Part shown: in pieces, positions 27,580 to 36,328 of the stretch
Layout: every line of letters begins with the position of its first letter
Numbering within the stretch: the first letter of the stretch is position 1
Source: a virus
Taxonomy: Duplodnaviria; Caudoviricetes
IMG/VR virus record: IMGVR_UViG_3300021185_001015
Location: 1-59,881 of that record
Strand: one strand, 5' to 3'
Length of the DNA: 59,881 nt
Translations under genes and position numbers: made by a program
The notes under the pieces: generated by a model
The model's database searches: none
What the model was told of the DNA's origin: nothing
Seen by the model: only the letters and a program-made list of their open reading frames with translations

Positions 27580-27912
27580 TTAATAAGTGCCGCCATCCAA
27601 CTGCATAACACTTGTAGCCAATTCTTGTGCAATCCATTGGCCCGTATCATCATCATAAACGATGGTATACCCATCTGCTAGCCCACCTGATATGTCTACA
27701 TTAGCTAAAGTTTCAACTCTACTGGCTGTCGTAACTCTAGAATCATTTTTAATTGCCGTGCCGATTCTGGGATTTCCGGGAGATAACTTAACTTTTTGAA
27801 CCGTATTGGTACTCGACGGCGCTGCTACTATTGTCCCACCAGAGGAATTTGAACTAATTTCTACATCAATGACCTGAACAGCGTCGGAAGGTACAGCAAC
27901 ATTAATAGCCAT
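27580..27912 (-). CDS. Small structural protein ending LDGGTY
   Basis: LANVDISGGLADGYTIVYDDDTGQW fibre-type repeat. Confidence 0.7.
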   Translation of the reverse strand: MAINVAVPSDAVQVIDVEISSNSSGGTIVAAPSSTNTVQKVKLSPGNPRIGTAIKNDSRVTTASRVETLANVDISGGLADGYTIVYDDDTGQWIAQELATSVMQLDGGTY

Positions 27913-28238
27913 TATCGTGTGACTCCTGGTGTTACAGTTATAATGCCTTCTATTACTCTAAGAGTTTCTGCACTAGAAGTAATTTCTAAATCATAAACAT
28001 ATCTACCTGATTTCAATGCGTTCGTTTCGACTGGAGTAAGAGAAAATGTAATATCTCCTATCAAATCATTTTTAACACAAGTAAATGCTGTATAAGTATT
28101 AGTGTTATAGCTTCTTCTGATATGTGCGGTCACAGTGTAGTTGGTGAGATCTTTTAGGGTGCCATCGTCATTATTCAGAGTAATCGTATTGGTATACGAT
28201 GCCCCTTGATCTATAACTATGTTTACTGGCGTTGCCAT
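27912..28238 (-). CDS. Conserved virion Ig-like/BppU-like protein
   Basis: NIVIDQGASY, DLTNYT, GRYVYDLEI, RVIEGIITVTPGVT. Confidence 0.75.
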   Translation of the reverse strand: MATPVNIVIDQGASYTNTITLNNDDGTLKDLTNYTVTAHIRRSYNTNTYTAFTCVKNDLIGDITFSLTPVETNALKSGRYVYDLEITSSAETLRVIEGIITVTPGVTR

Positions 28239-28262
28239 TAAGTTTCTCCTTATTAACTGTTT

Positions 28263-28270
28263 TATTTATA
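28263..28270 (-). promoter_or_regulatory. Late promoter at divergent junction
   Basis: TATAAATA 25 nt before ATG 28238. Confidence 0.75.
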
Positions 28271-28287
28271 AGAATAAGAAAATTCAT

Positions 28288-28938
28288 ATGAAGACAATTT
28301 TAACATTAAAATACGGAAATAAGTACAGTTCCGATGATGTGAATCGTATATACGATGCCACTTTTGGCAAATATAATTATGTGTGCGTTACTGACGATGC
28401 GAATGGCATATATGATACTATTTATACAATACCCATAAAAAAAGAACAAGAAGGTCACTGGGAAAAGGTAAAATTATTCAAATTAAATACCTTTGGTAAG
28501 ATCCTTTACTTAGACTTAGATATAAGAATACAAAATGATATAGATCATTTGTTTGATTTGCTTGACACCACGCCTATCATTTGTTATACTTATTGGAAGG
28601 ATAAAAACTTTCCTTATCATAAAGACGCTAGATGGTCTTTCAATTATCTGAGCAACTTCAACTCTAGTGTAATGTTGTGGGAAGATGCTAGGCATATATA
28701 TGATTACTGGGAAGAAAATAAAGACTATTACATGGTCAAATACGCAGGTGACGATAGATTCTTGTACCATGAAAACTTTACTTTCGAACACTTTCCAGAG
28801 AACGAGATATACTCTTTCAAGTTCTCCGGTAATAGATACAAACCTGAATATACAATAGCACTATTAAACGGGCAAGCTGACTTCCCGAACATTGAGAAAG
28901 AATATGATGAACTTTGTATGCATCAAGTGGGGCAATAA
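28288..28938 (+). CDS. GT-A-type glycosyltransferase, paralog 1
   Basis: Likely start MKTILTLKYGNKY; YLDLD (DxD), NSSVMLW, GDD. Confidence 0.8.
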   Translation: MKTILTLKYGNKYSSDDVNRIYDATFGKYNYVCVTDDANGIYDTIYTIPIKKEQEGHWEKVKLFKLNTFGKILYLDLDIRIQNDIDHLFDLLDTTPIICYTYWKDKNFPYHKDARWSFNYLSNFNSSVMLWEDARHIYDYWEENKDYYMVKYAGDDRFLYHENFTFEHFPENEIYSFKFSGNRYKPEYTIALLNGQADFPNIEKEYDELCMHQVGQ

Positions 28939-29662
28939 GTACTCACCTGATTATGTAAATAATCTTTATAACATGGTCAAAAAAAACTATACCAAAGATT
29001 TTACATTCACATGCTATACAGATGACACAGAAGGTCTAGAGTGTGATACTCATCCTATTCCTGATGACGGTGTTCTGCATCCAGATCATTGGTTTGGCAA
29101 AGAAGGCTATTGTTGGGATCGTGCCAAGTTTCTTGTATTCAACTCACAGGAATGGTTAGGATATGAGGGCAAATGGTGCTACTTTGATTTAGATGTTATC
29201 ATTCAGAACAATATAGATGACATAGATAAACTAGCAGAAAAGCCTCGTATAGCACATTCTAAGTGGCAAAATCCTTCTCAGATACACGAAAGACTTTTTA
29301 TTGAAATGAGAGGCACTTTCTACAACTCTAGTATGATGCTTTGGAATGGCGGACAGTGCAAACACATTTACCATGATGTTCTCATTAATGATGAGATGGT
29401 GTTCAAAACATTCTACAAAGGCAGTGATAACTATCACTACTGGAGACAGAGAGACTTTTGGGCTAACATTCCTTATGAATGGGTGTATTCATACAATAGA
29501 GGTATGACTTATCCTGACGATATAGAACCAAAAACATATAGACCCGATGCTAAGATTTGTGTTTTCAATACAGACCTAACACCGGATCCTAAAGCAAAGT
29601 CACAAATAAAACTTGAAGAACTAGAAGATCCAATTATGTTGACTTTGTGGGAGGGAGAATGA
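28904..29662 (+). CDS. GT-A-type glycosyltransferase, paralog 2
   Basis: CIKWGNKYSPDYVNNL, YFDLD, NSSMMLW, GSDNY. Confidence 0.82.
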   Translation: MMNFVCIKWGNKYSPDYVNNLYNMVKKNYTKDFTFTCYTDDTEGLECDTHPIPDDGVLHPDHWFGKEGYCWDRAKFLVFNSQEWLGYEGKWCYFDLDVIIQNNIDDIDKLAEKPRIAHSKWQNPSQIHERLFIEMRGTFYNSSMMLWNGGQCKHIYHDVLINDEMVFKTFYKGSDNYHYWRQRDFWANIPYEWVYSYNRGMTYPDDIEPKTYRPDAKICVFNTDLTPDPKAKSQIKLEELEDPIMLTLWEGE

Positions 29663-30477
29663 GAGTAAACTATGTCTGCTGCAAATGGGGAACTAAGTAT
29701 GGGCCTCACTTTGTAAACAAACTAAAGAATATGGCAAAGCGTCATACTGATCCTGAGAAGTTTGACTTTCACTTCTATTGCTACACCGAGTATCCTGAGG
29801 GTCTTGATGAGGAGATTAAAGTAATTGACTTCCCTGACATTGACAGCATTCATCCTAAGTATTGGTTTGGTAACGATAATTTTAAATATGGCATGGCTCG
29901 TTGTTGGGACCGTCCTAAGACTTTTGTCTTCAACACTCATAATTTTGCTGAAGATAAACCTACTGGTCGTTTCGTCTTTCTTGATCTGGATGTTATTATC
30001 CAGAATGATATGGAACCTATCATTATATACGATTTAGATCGCCCTACTAAACTGAGAAGTTGGTGGCAAGATCCTCGTCCTATGACTACACGACAATTCA
30101 AACTTGCACACGGGGCTTACACTAACGGTAGTTGTCAAGTGTGGAGTGACGATCAGTGTGAAATCATCTGGAAAGATGTACTAGAACATCAAGAAAGAAT
30201 ATGGTTTACATTCACTGACGGCACCGATAACTATCACAGTTGGCGGTGGGGTGATTTCAGTGAAGCAAAATTATGGGGACACTTTCCGAGTTCGATGGCA
30301 TATTCATACAACAGAGGTAGAGACTGGGACGCAGACGATCTAGCAGTAGATACATACAGAGAAGATCCTATATTGTGCGTATTCAATATTGACTTGTTGC
30401 CGTTTGAAGATAAAAGCAGAGGCAGCACAAAACAAGATGACTTGGCAGACCCTAATTTATTGGAGCATTGGAGATGA
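29659..30477 (+). CDS. GT-A-type glycosyltransferase, paralog 3
   Basis: CCKWGTKYGPHFVNKL, FLDLD, GTDNY; ATGA-coupled. Confidence 0.82.
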   Translation: MRVNYVCCKWGTKYGPHFVNKLKNMAKRHTDPEKFDFHFYCYTEYPEGLDEEIKVIDFPDIDSIHPKYWFGNDNFKYGMARCWDRPKTFVFNTHNFAEDKPTGRFVFLDLDVIIQNDMEPIIIYDLDRPTKLRSWWQDPRPMTTRQFKLAHGAYTNGSCQVWSDDQCEIIWKDVLEHQERIWFTFTDGTDNYHSWRWGDFSEAKLWGHFPSSMAYSYNRGRDWDADDLAVDTYREDPILCVFNIDLLPFEDKSRGSTKQDDLADPNLLEHWR

Positions 30478-31157
30478 TTAATATCTACACAGTGAAGTGG
30501 GGACAGAAGTATGGTCCTGAGCATGTGAATAAGATACACGATCAATGCAAAGAGTTTATCAAAGAAGACTTTGATTTCTATTGCTTGACTGAACTACCAC
30601 ATGATTTGAATCCAGACATACTTGTGATACCTTTTCCAGAAGATAACTACTACGAGAAATGGTGGAACAAGCTACATCTTTTTGATCGTAACATAGTAGA
30701 GCAGAAAGGTGAGAAGATATTTTTTGATTTAGATGTAATCATACAGAAAGATATAGATTGCATTGTAGATCATCCATGTGATGACAATCTTGTTTTTATT
30801 AGAACGAGTTGGCACAATATGCGAAAAATGAAAACAGATGTTGTTGATGCTCAGTGGAAATACACTGATTTAAACTCTAGCGTACTACGCTGGAATGACA
30901 GACTAAATATTGACAAGATTACAAAATTTGTGAAAGACTATCCTTCTCAGATGTTTTTCTATTACAGAGGACTAGATAATCTTTTTGCACATCAAGGAGA
31001 ACGTCTACTGAATATAGACTATTTTCCAGACGGTTGGGTGTATAGTTACAACAACGGTTACGTGTGGCCTACTGATGTGAGAAAGCAGACGTTTAGAGAA
31101 GACCCTCTTATTTGTTTATATGATTCTATGGAGAGACCTGAAGATGTTAAGCTATAA
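30474..31157 (+). CDS. GT-A-type glycosyltransferase, paralog 4
   Basis: TVKWGQKYGPEHVNKI, WWNKL, FFDLD, NSSVLRW; ATGA-coupled. Confidence 0.82.
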   Translation: MINIYTVKWGQKYGPEHVNKIHDQCKEFIKEDFDFYCLTELPHDLNPDILVIPFPEDNYYEKWWNKLHLFDRNIVEQKGEKIFFDLDVIIQKDIDCIVDHPCDDNLVFIRTSWHNMRKMKTDVVDAQWKYTDLNSSVLRWNDRLNIDKITKFVKDYPSQMFFYYRGLDNLFAHQGERLLNIDYFPDGWVYSYNNGYVWPTDVRKQTFREDPLICLYDSMERPEDVKL

Positions 31158-31800
31158 CTTTTTGAACAACTACAAAAACTGGGGCGATGGATTAGACAAA
31201 ATCAATCACGAAATGCCTTGGAAGAACGAAGACTTCAGAAAGTCTCTCAATCCAAACTCTATGGAAGCTGCTATCTGGCTTGTAGAAGAATTATTAAAAC
31301 ACATAGATAATGAGAAGAAATTGAACATTACGGTGTTAAATTCTTGGTTAGGGTTTCCTCTCGTTCCATTGCTGTGCGAGAACTTGAATGTTGAGAAAAT
31401 AAATCTGATTGATGTGGACAATGACGCACTAGAATTGTCTAAAGTATTTAATCGTCATTATCGAAAAGAAGGTGTAGATTTGAATCATATCAACTGGGAC
31501 GTTCCGTTTGCGTTTCACGACATTAATGCAATGGAATCTGATGTAGTAATCTCAATGTGTGCTGAGACAATGTATCCTTTGAAAGAATTGACTACTGCAA
31601 ATCCTGATTGTATCTTTGCAATACAGAACTCAAATCTAATTAAAGAGATGTACGGCATCAATTGTATGAATAGTATTGAAGAGCATATAGAAAATACAGG
31701 CATAAAAAATGTCCAGTATCAAGGCTCTATTGAGCAGAAGTACTGGACATTTGATGGCCTAAACGAGTTTGACCGCTTTATGGCTATTGGAACGAAGTAG
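31144..31800 (+). CDS. Class I SAM-dependent methyltransferase-like protein
   Basis: ITVLNSWLG (degenerate motif I), LIDVD, DVVISMCAE, RFMAIG. Confidence 0.6.
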   Translation: MLSYNFLNNYKNWGDGLDKINHEMPWKNEDFRKSLNPNSMEAAIWLVEELLKHIDNEKKLNITVLNSWLGFPLVPLLCENLNVEKINLIDVDNDALELSKVFNRHYRKEGVDLNHINWDVPFAFHDINAMESDVVISMCAETMYPLKELTTANPDCIFAIQNSNLIKEMYGINCMNSIEEHIENTGIKNVQYQGSIEQKYWTFDGLNEFDRFMAIGTK

Positions 31801-32440
31801 CGTCTTCACCTGATATATCTTCAATCATGTCTTGCCACATTTCTAAGTGTGGTATGACGAAGCCCAAAGTAAGACGAGCTTCATGAGACCCGGCACAGTG
31901 ATAAACTACTTTGTCGGGTTCTCTGCCTTTACCAAAGTATCCTACCTTACACGTCCAGCCTGGGCTGTCTTTCATATTGACTACTTCTTTCGTAATAGGA
32001 TCTCTGTAGCGAAAGAAGCCATTCCCTTCTTTTGAATATGACAATAGAATATTATAGCCAGAAGCATTCCAATTATTATGCCAGCCCATGAAACCGCCAG
32101 GCGGATAATACACGTTGACTGCTTGGTTACGAGCGCCCAAGTATGAACACAATGTAGTGGCCATGTCTCTACATTTTTTCTTATGTTCAGAAGATACTCG
32201 TTCCTCAGATGCAATATCAACTGATATAGTTTTCTCAGGATAACCAATATGTTCTGCGTCCTTAGAAACTACTTCTTCTAAGTGTTCAAGACTACAGCCT
32301 TTAGGTAGTGTGTATCCCTGATGTCTGCCTTCATGTTTAGATATTTTATCTAGCTCAGATAAGTCTTGCTCAAAAAACCAATCGCTGTATTCAGTAATGA
32401 TTTTTAAAACATCTTCGTTTTTTATGTCAACTAGTTTCAT
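31784..32440 (-). CDS. 2OG-Fe(II) oxygenase-like/double-stranded beta-helix protein
   Basis: YYPPGGFMGWHNN ... VYHCA ... RLTLGF. Confidence 0.6.
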   Translation of the reverse strand: MKLVDIKNEDVLKIITEYSDWFFEQDLSELDKISKHEGRHQGYTLPKGCSLEHLEEVVSKDAEHIGYPEKTISVDIASEERVSSEHKKKCRDMATTLCSYLGARNQAVNVYYPPGGFMGWHNNWNASGYNILLSYSKEGNGFFRYRDPITKEVVNMKDSPGWTCKVGYFGKGREPDKVVYHCAGSHEARLTLGFVIPHLEMWQDMIEDISGEDATSFQ

Positions 32441-33142
32441 TTAGTCTAACTTATCCTGAGGTATAGTATGATGATACAAAACAACGTCAGTGCCTTGTAG
32501 TTCTTCATAATGATAACCATTTACAAAGTTCCAACGAGCATCTGGCTCTTTAATGTATCCCCACTTGACAGCTTTCTCGCCGTAAGTCAATAGACGCCAC
32601 ATAGTAAATGTGTCCCACTTTCTAGCATCTTCGGGGTAGTGTAACATGTCATAGTCAGGTTCCCGTTGTGCAAGATACTCAGTGTACCAAGCTCCCATGA
32701 GATCCATTGTTGCTTCGTTTTTTCTATATATGAAGAAGCCACAATGGCAAGTCATCTCTTCACCTTCTGCTAACTTAGTCAGTTTAGCGTTGTATGGACG
32801 ATTCTTAGTGAATACGATATCCATATCATCAGGCAACTCGTCCCAGACATTCTGAATATCTTCATGTTGGCACATCATATCAGCATCAAGATAGCAAGTA
32901 ATATCGTATGGAGTTTTGTTGAGTGCCCAAAGTTTAGCACGAATGTGTCGTGGAATACCTTCTGTGACTATGCTATCAAATAGATCATAGTCTTCAGGTT
33001 CGACCCATTCTTCGTGTGTAAAGAATGTTATGTTAGCTTCTGGATAGAAATCTCTTACTGATTCTGCTAGTACTTTAGCATAACGATAGAATCCTTTCTT
33101 AACAGAAGCAACAATAACAAACCCTTTAGTCTGTTTCTTCGG
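32441..33142 (-). CDS. Nucleotide-diphospho-sugar (GT-A, GT8-like) transferase
   Basis: RAKLWAL..TPYDITCYLDAD, RWNF, LYHHT; likely start MPKKQ. Confidence 0.72.
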   Translation of the reverse strand, partial: PKKQTKGFVIVASVKKGFYRYAKVLAESVRDFYPEANITFFTHEEWVEPEDYDLFDSIVTEGIPRHIRAKLWALNKTPYDITCYLDADMMCQHEDIQNVWDELPDDMDIVFTKNRPYNAKLTKLAEGEEMTCHCGFFIYRKNEATMDLMGAWYTEYLAQREPDYDMLHYPEDARKWDTFTMWRLLTYGEKAVKWGYIKEPDARWNFVNGYHYEELQGTDVVLYHHTIPQDKLD

Positions 33143-33614
33143 CATTCTCAAGTTCCTTCATCAGCAAAATAGTAGCATAAGCCTGTACTTCCATAACAGA
33201 TTTAGACTTACGAATCATTCGCTTCAGTTCAGTATTTTTAGAGTTTTTGATTGCGGCGATTTCAAACGCTTCAAGTTTACAGTTGAACAGCATTTCTTGT
33301 CTGCCACGGACTGCTTGTGATTCTCGTCTTTCCATTTGACGCTTGATGTTTTCGTTGCGTCTGTCTAGGCCTTCTTGTGTGTTAGCATCAATTTCGTCTT
33401 CAGTATACTGTTCTAACACAGCTTTCATGTCAGGATTTGTGCCATCAGAATCCTGAATAGAAGCCATGCTAGTCTGTCCATTCGTTTGTTCGATAGTTAC
33501 AATGAGGTGACGATTTTCCTTATTTGACCAATAAGGATTGAGATATTTCTTTTTAGGGGTTTCCGTAAACATTATCTCAACTGGACTGTCTACAGAAACT
33601 GCTAATTCTGTCAT
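33126..33614 (-). CDS. Hypothetical protein
   Basis: 162 aa ORF with GGAG RBS, overlapping the downstream GT gene. Confidence 0.7.
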   Translation of the reverse strand: MTELAVSVDSPVEIMFTETPKKKYLNPYWSNKENRHLIVTIEQTNGQTSMASIQDSDGTNPDMKAVLEQYTEDEIDANTQEGLDRRNENIKRQMERRESQAVRGRQEMLFNCKLEAFEIAAIKNSKNTELKRMIRKSKSVMEVQAYATILLMKELENAEETD

Positions 33615-33652
33615 AATATAACTCCAAATAATAAATCTTCAATACTATATAG

Positions 33653-34975
33653 TCATTTTGTTTTATCGATTATAAGTTGAAATTTTCTAGTTTTTTTATT
33701 TACAGGAATTTCTTTTACTACGAATACATCAAAAGAAACATTATCTAAATTTTTCTTATGTAAAAGCTCAACTAAATTATTTTCAACCTTTTTTATAGCC
33801 TCTGACTTTTCTTCTTTTGTTAGATGTGATTCTAAACAAATGGGAAAACGAAAAGAAGTATCGCTAGTAACTTGCATTTGAAATTTACTTACTCCCTTGA
33901 CATAAAATCTACGAGTAATAAAAGACGTAAAACTTTCAGTATCGCCAACAGAATTTTTAAAGTAAACTTTAGTTTCTGTTCTGCTAATAAGATTTTTTGC
34001 TATAGTAGGGTATGTATTTTTTTCACTAATAGGAACAAGAACATCTGACATTTTATATCTAATTAGGGGCATAGTGTAATTACATAAATTAGTGACTAAA
34101 GTGTGATCTTCAAAAAATTCAAAAATAAGTTTATCATCAAAAAGAGACATAGTTTCTTTATCACGATTTGATCTTCCCATGTTACCATGTTCACTACTGG
34201 CATATAAGCTCATTACATGAGAGGTGGGAAATACTTTATTCAAAAATATAAGATCGTCTTTAGTTACAGTTTCTGCTGTTGCTATTATAACTTGTGGTGA
34301 TATGGATAAGTTATTATTGATTTTTTCTTCTGCTAAAATTTTCAGCATCGTAGTGTAGCCGCAAAGAATGTTTGGCTGAAATTGATTTATATCTTCAACA
34401 GTTTTAGAAACAGCTTGATTAATTTCAAACCCTTTTGCATTGAATAGTAATTTAGGCCACTTTATCGCTGAATCATATCCTGCATAATGACCGCTTACAT
34501 TACCGTAAAATGCAATCGCTGGCTTTTTTCTTTTTGTAAAAACCCAACGTACATAGTTAATTAACAGGGAAATTTTTGTTGATAATTTTGCAGGAGATAT
34601 AGAGGATAACCCTCTAATAGTATCTTTGAAGTGCGATACAAAATAGCCTTCTTCGCCTGAAGACCCAGAAGTAACGAGTGCGGTATATTTATTAAGAAAC
34701 AAATCTCTAGGATCTGAAGAGGTGGTTACAAATTCTTCAATTCCTTTTTTGGTTATTTTTCTGTCTGTAACAATATCATCAAAGTTTTCCATTGCTATAG
34801 ATTTAGTCAGGACAGGAAAATCTTCTGGCACCGAAGAGTCAATACTAATGCAATTCTCTCTTATTATTTTAGCATAATAAGGAGAATTGGCATTAGCATA
34901 TTTGACTAATTTTCTAAATTTTTTAAGCCGCTCACTCTCAAAATCAGACATGTCCGATTCATTTTTTATCTTCAT
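33653..34975 (-). CDS. Phenylacetate-CoA ligase/CapK-like adenylate-forming enzyme
   Basis: SPYY, FPVLTK, TSGSSG, YASSE, VTNL.NYTMPLIRY, K(F)QLI; visibly AT-richer than neighbours. Confidence 0.8.
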   Translation of the reverse strand: MKIKNESDMSDFESERLKKFRKLVKYANANSPYYAKIIRENCISIDSSVPEDFPVLTKSIAMENFDDIVTDRKITKKGIEEFVTTSSDPRDLFLNKYTALVTSGSSGEEGYFVSHFKDTIRGLSSISPAKLSTKISLLINYVRWVFTKRKKPAIAFYGNVSGHYAGYDSAIKWPKLLFNAKGFEINQAVSKTVEDINQFQPNILCGYTTMLKILAEEKINNNLSISPQVIIATAETVTKDDLIFLNKVFPTSHVMSLYASSEHGNMGRSNRDKETMSLFDDKLIFEFFEDHTLVTNLCNYTMPLIRYKMSDVLVPISEKNTYPTIAKNLISRTETKVYFKNSVGDTESFTSFITRRFYVKGVSKFQMQVTSDTSFRFPICLESHLTKEEKSEAIKKVENNLVELLHKKNLDNVSFDVFVVKEIPVNKKTRKFQLIIDKTK

Positions 34976-34990
34976 AATATAGATGAATCT

Positions 34991-36319
34991 TTAGGCAGTT
35001 TTTAGCCAAAGGTTTACGGTTGATACATTTTCAGTGCTTGCCTGAATTGTATCTCCTGCATAATTTCCAGTAAAGTTATTAGCATAACTACCTGAATACG
35101 TTCCTGCAAAAGTATTTGAATAATAACCAGTATACGTTCCTGAGTAAGTACCAGCGTACGCTGAAGTGCCTACATAGTAACCAGTAAAGTTTTGATTGTA
35201 TGCTCCAGTGTAGTATCCAGTGTATGTCTTAGCACCAGTATAGAAACCTGTATAGAATCCAGTGTAGTAACCGGTGTAGTAGTTAGTACCACCTGCGAAT
35301 CCAGAGTAGAAAAGAGTATATGCTTCAGTTCTAGCGTAAGCCCCTGCATAAGCGCCTGCGTATGCTGAAGTTCCTACATAGTTTCCTGCATATGCTCCAG
35401 AGAATGAACCAGTGTAAGATCCAGAATATGTCTTAGCACCTACATACGATCCTACATAATTTCCAGAATAGTTACCTGCAAAAGTATTTGAATAATAACC
35501 AGTATAGTTGCCAGTAAAATTGCCAGTGTACGTGCCTGCGTAATTTTCTGAAGCTACTTGTTGGCGAGTATCAACGAGACTATCACCCATTTGAACCCAA
35601 GTGCCGCCTGCAGGAGCAGACGCTTGTAACTTATATGTACCTACACCAGAGTCAATTATACGATTTCTAAAATTAGGAACCATCTGTTCGATTTCAGCAA
35701 CAGTCATCATCTTAACATTAGTGCCTTCTAGTTTTAGAGAAGATAAGTCAGAATTTGCTGATGTAGTAGGAGCAGTCTTTTGCCACAAGTAAAGGTTAGT
35801 GCTTCCGCCTTGATTGCTATCTGTGATAGTGGCACGAGAAGTCCAAGTACCGCCTGCAGGAGCAGATGCTGCTAATGAATATTGACCAACAGTGTAGCCT
35901 GTACTAGTTACCATGTCTTCAATAACTTTATCTAGTACATCTGTATCTATTGCTGAATCGTTGAATTCTTTAATAGAGGAGTCCCAGCCAACTGGACGAT
36001 TTGTGATGCTTTCAGATGCTGCCGCTGTTACTTGCTTGAAGTAGTACGTAGTATCTGTAGTTGCACCAGCAGTTGGATGAGTACCGATTGCATCATTACG
36101 AATAGTGTTAGTCCAAGTACCAATACTAGTACCTGTCAAAGCATTCGAGGTATCAACATTAAGTTCTGCTGTACCTGTGCCATCTGTATCAGTTGCAAAC
36201 TTATTTGTGATTACATAAGAGAGATATTGATTTATCTCGCCGGCCGTCATTTCCTGCAAGCCCTGAAAGTTTGCAGAAGTGATTGGAGTACCTGATGCCT
36301 TTATTCTTAATGGTTGCAT
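34991..36319 (-). CDS. Virion protein with long (Y/F)-x-G-x repeat region (predicted beta-hairpin)
   Basis: N-terminal duplicated domain (SAPAGGTW twice) plus about 165 aa of Y/F-x-G-x repeats. Confidence 0.75.
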   Translation of the reverse strand: MQPLRIKASGTPITSANFQGLQEMTAGEINQYLSYVITNKFATDTDGTGTAELNVDTSNALTGTSIGTWTNTIRNDAIGTHPTAGATTDTTYYFKQVTAAASESITNRPVGWDSSIKEFNDSAIDTDVLDKVIEDMVTSTGYTVGQYSLAASAPAGGTWTSRATITDSNQGGSTNLYLWQKTAPTTSANSDLSSLKLEGTNVKMMTVAEIEQMVPNFRNRIIDSGVGTYKLQASAPAGGTWVQMGDSLVDTRQQVASENYAGTYTGNFTGNYTGYYSNTFAGNYSGNYVGSYVGAKTYSGSYTGSFSGAYAGNYVGTSAYAGAYAGAYARTEAYTLFYSGFAGGTNYYTGYYTGFYTGFYTGAKTYTGYYTGAYNQNFTGYYVGTSAYAGTYSGTYTGYYSNTFAGTYSGSYANNFTGNYAGDTIQASTENVSTVNLWLKTA

Positions 36320-36328
36320 GGTTTAATC

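Noticed and set aside
28219-28287. Extended N-terminus of the first GT (track start 28219)
   Set aside because: It overlaps the divergent gene and promoter. The paralogs align from ATG 28288.
28288-33142. DNA glucosylation (T4 alpha/beta-gt-like hypermodification) as the role of the GT cluster
   Set aside because: Not favoured, though not excluded. These are GT-A DxD enzymes in the virion module, with no hydroxymethylase or other nucleotide-modifying genes nearby.
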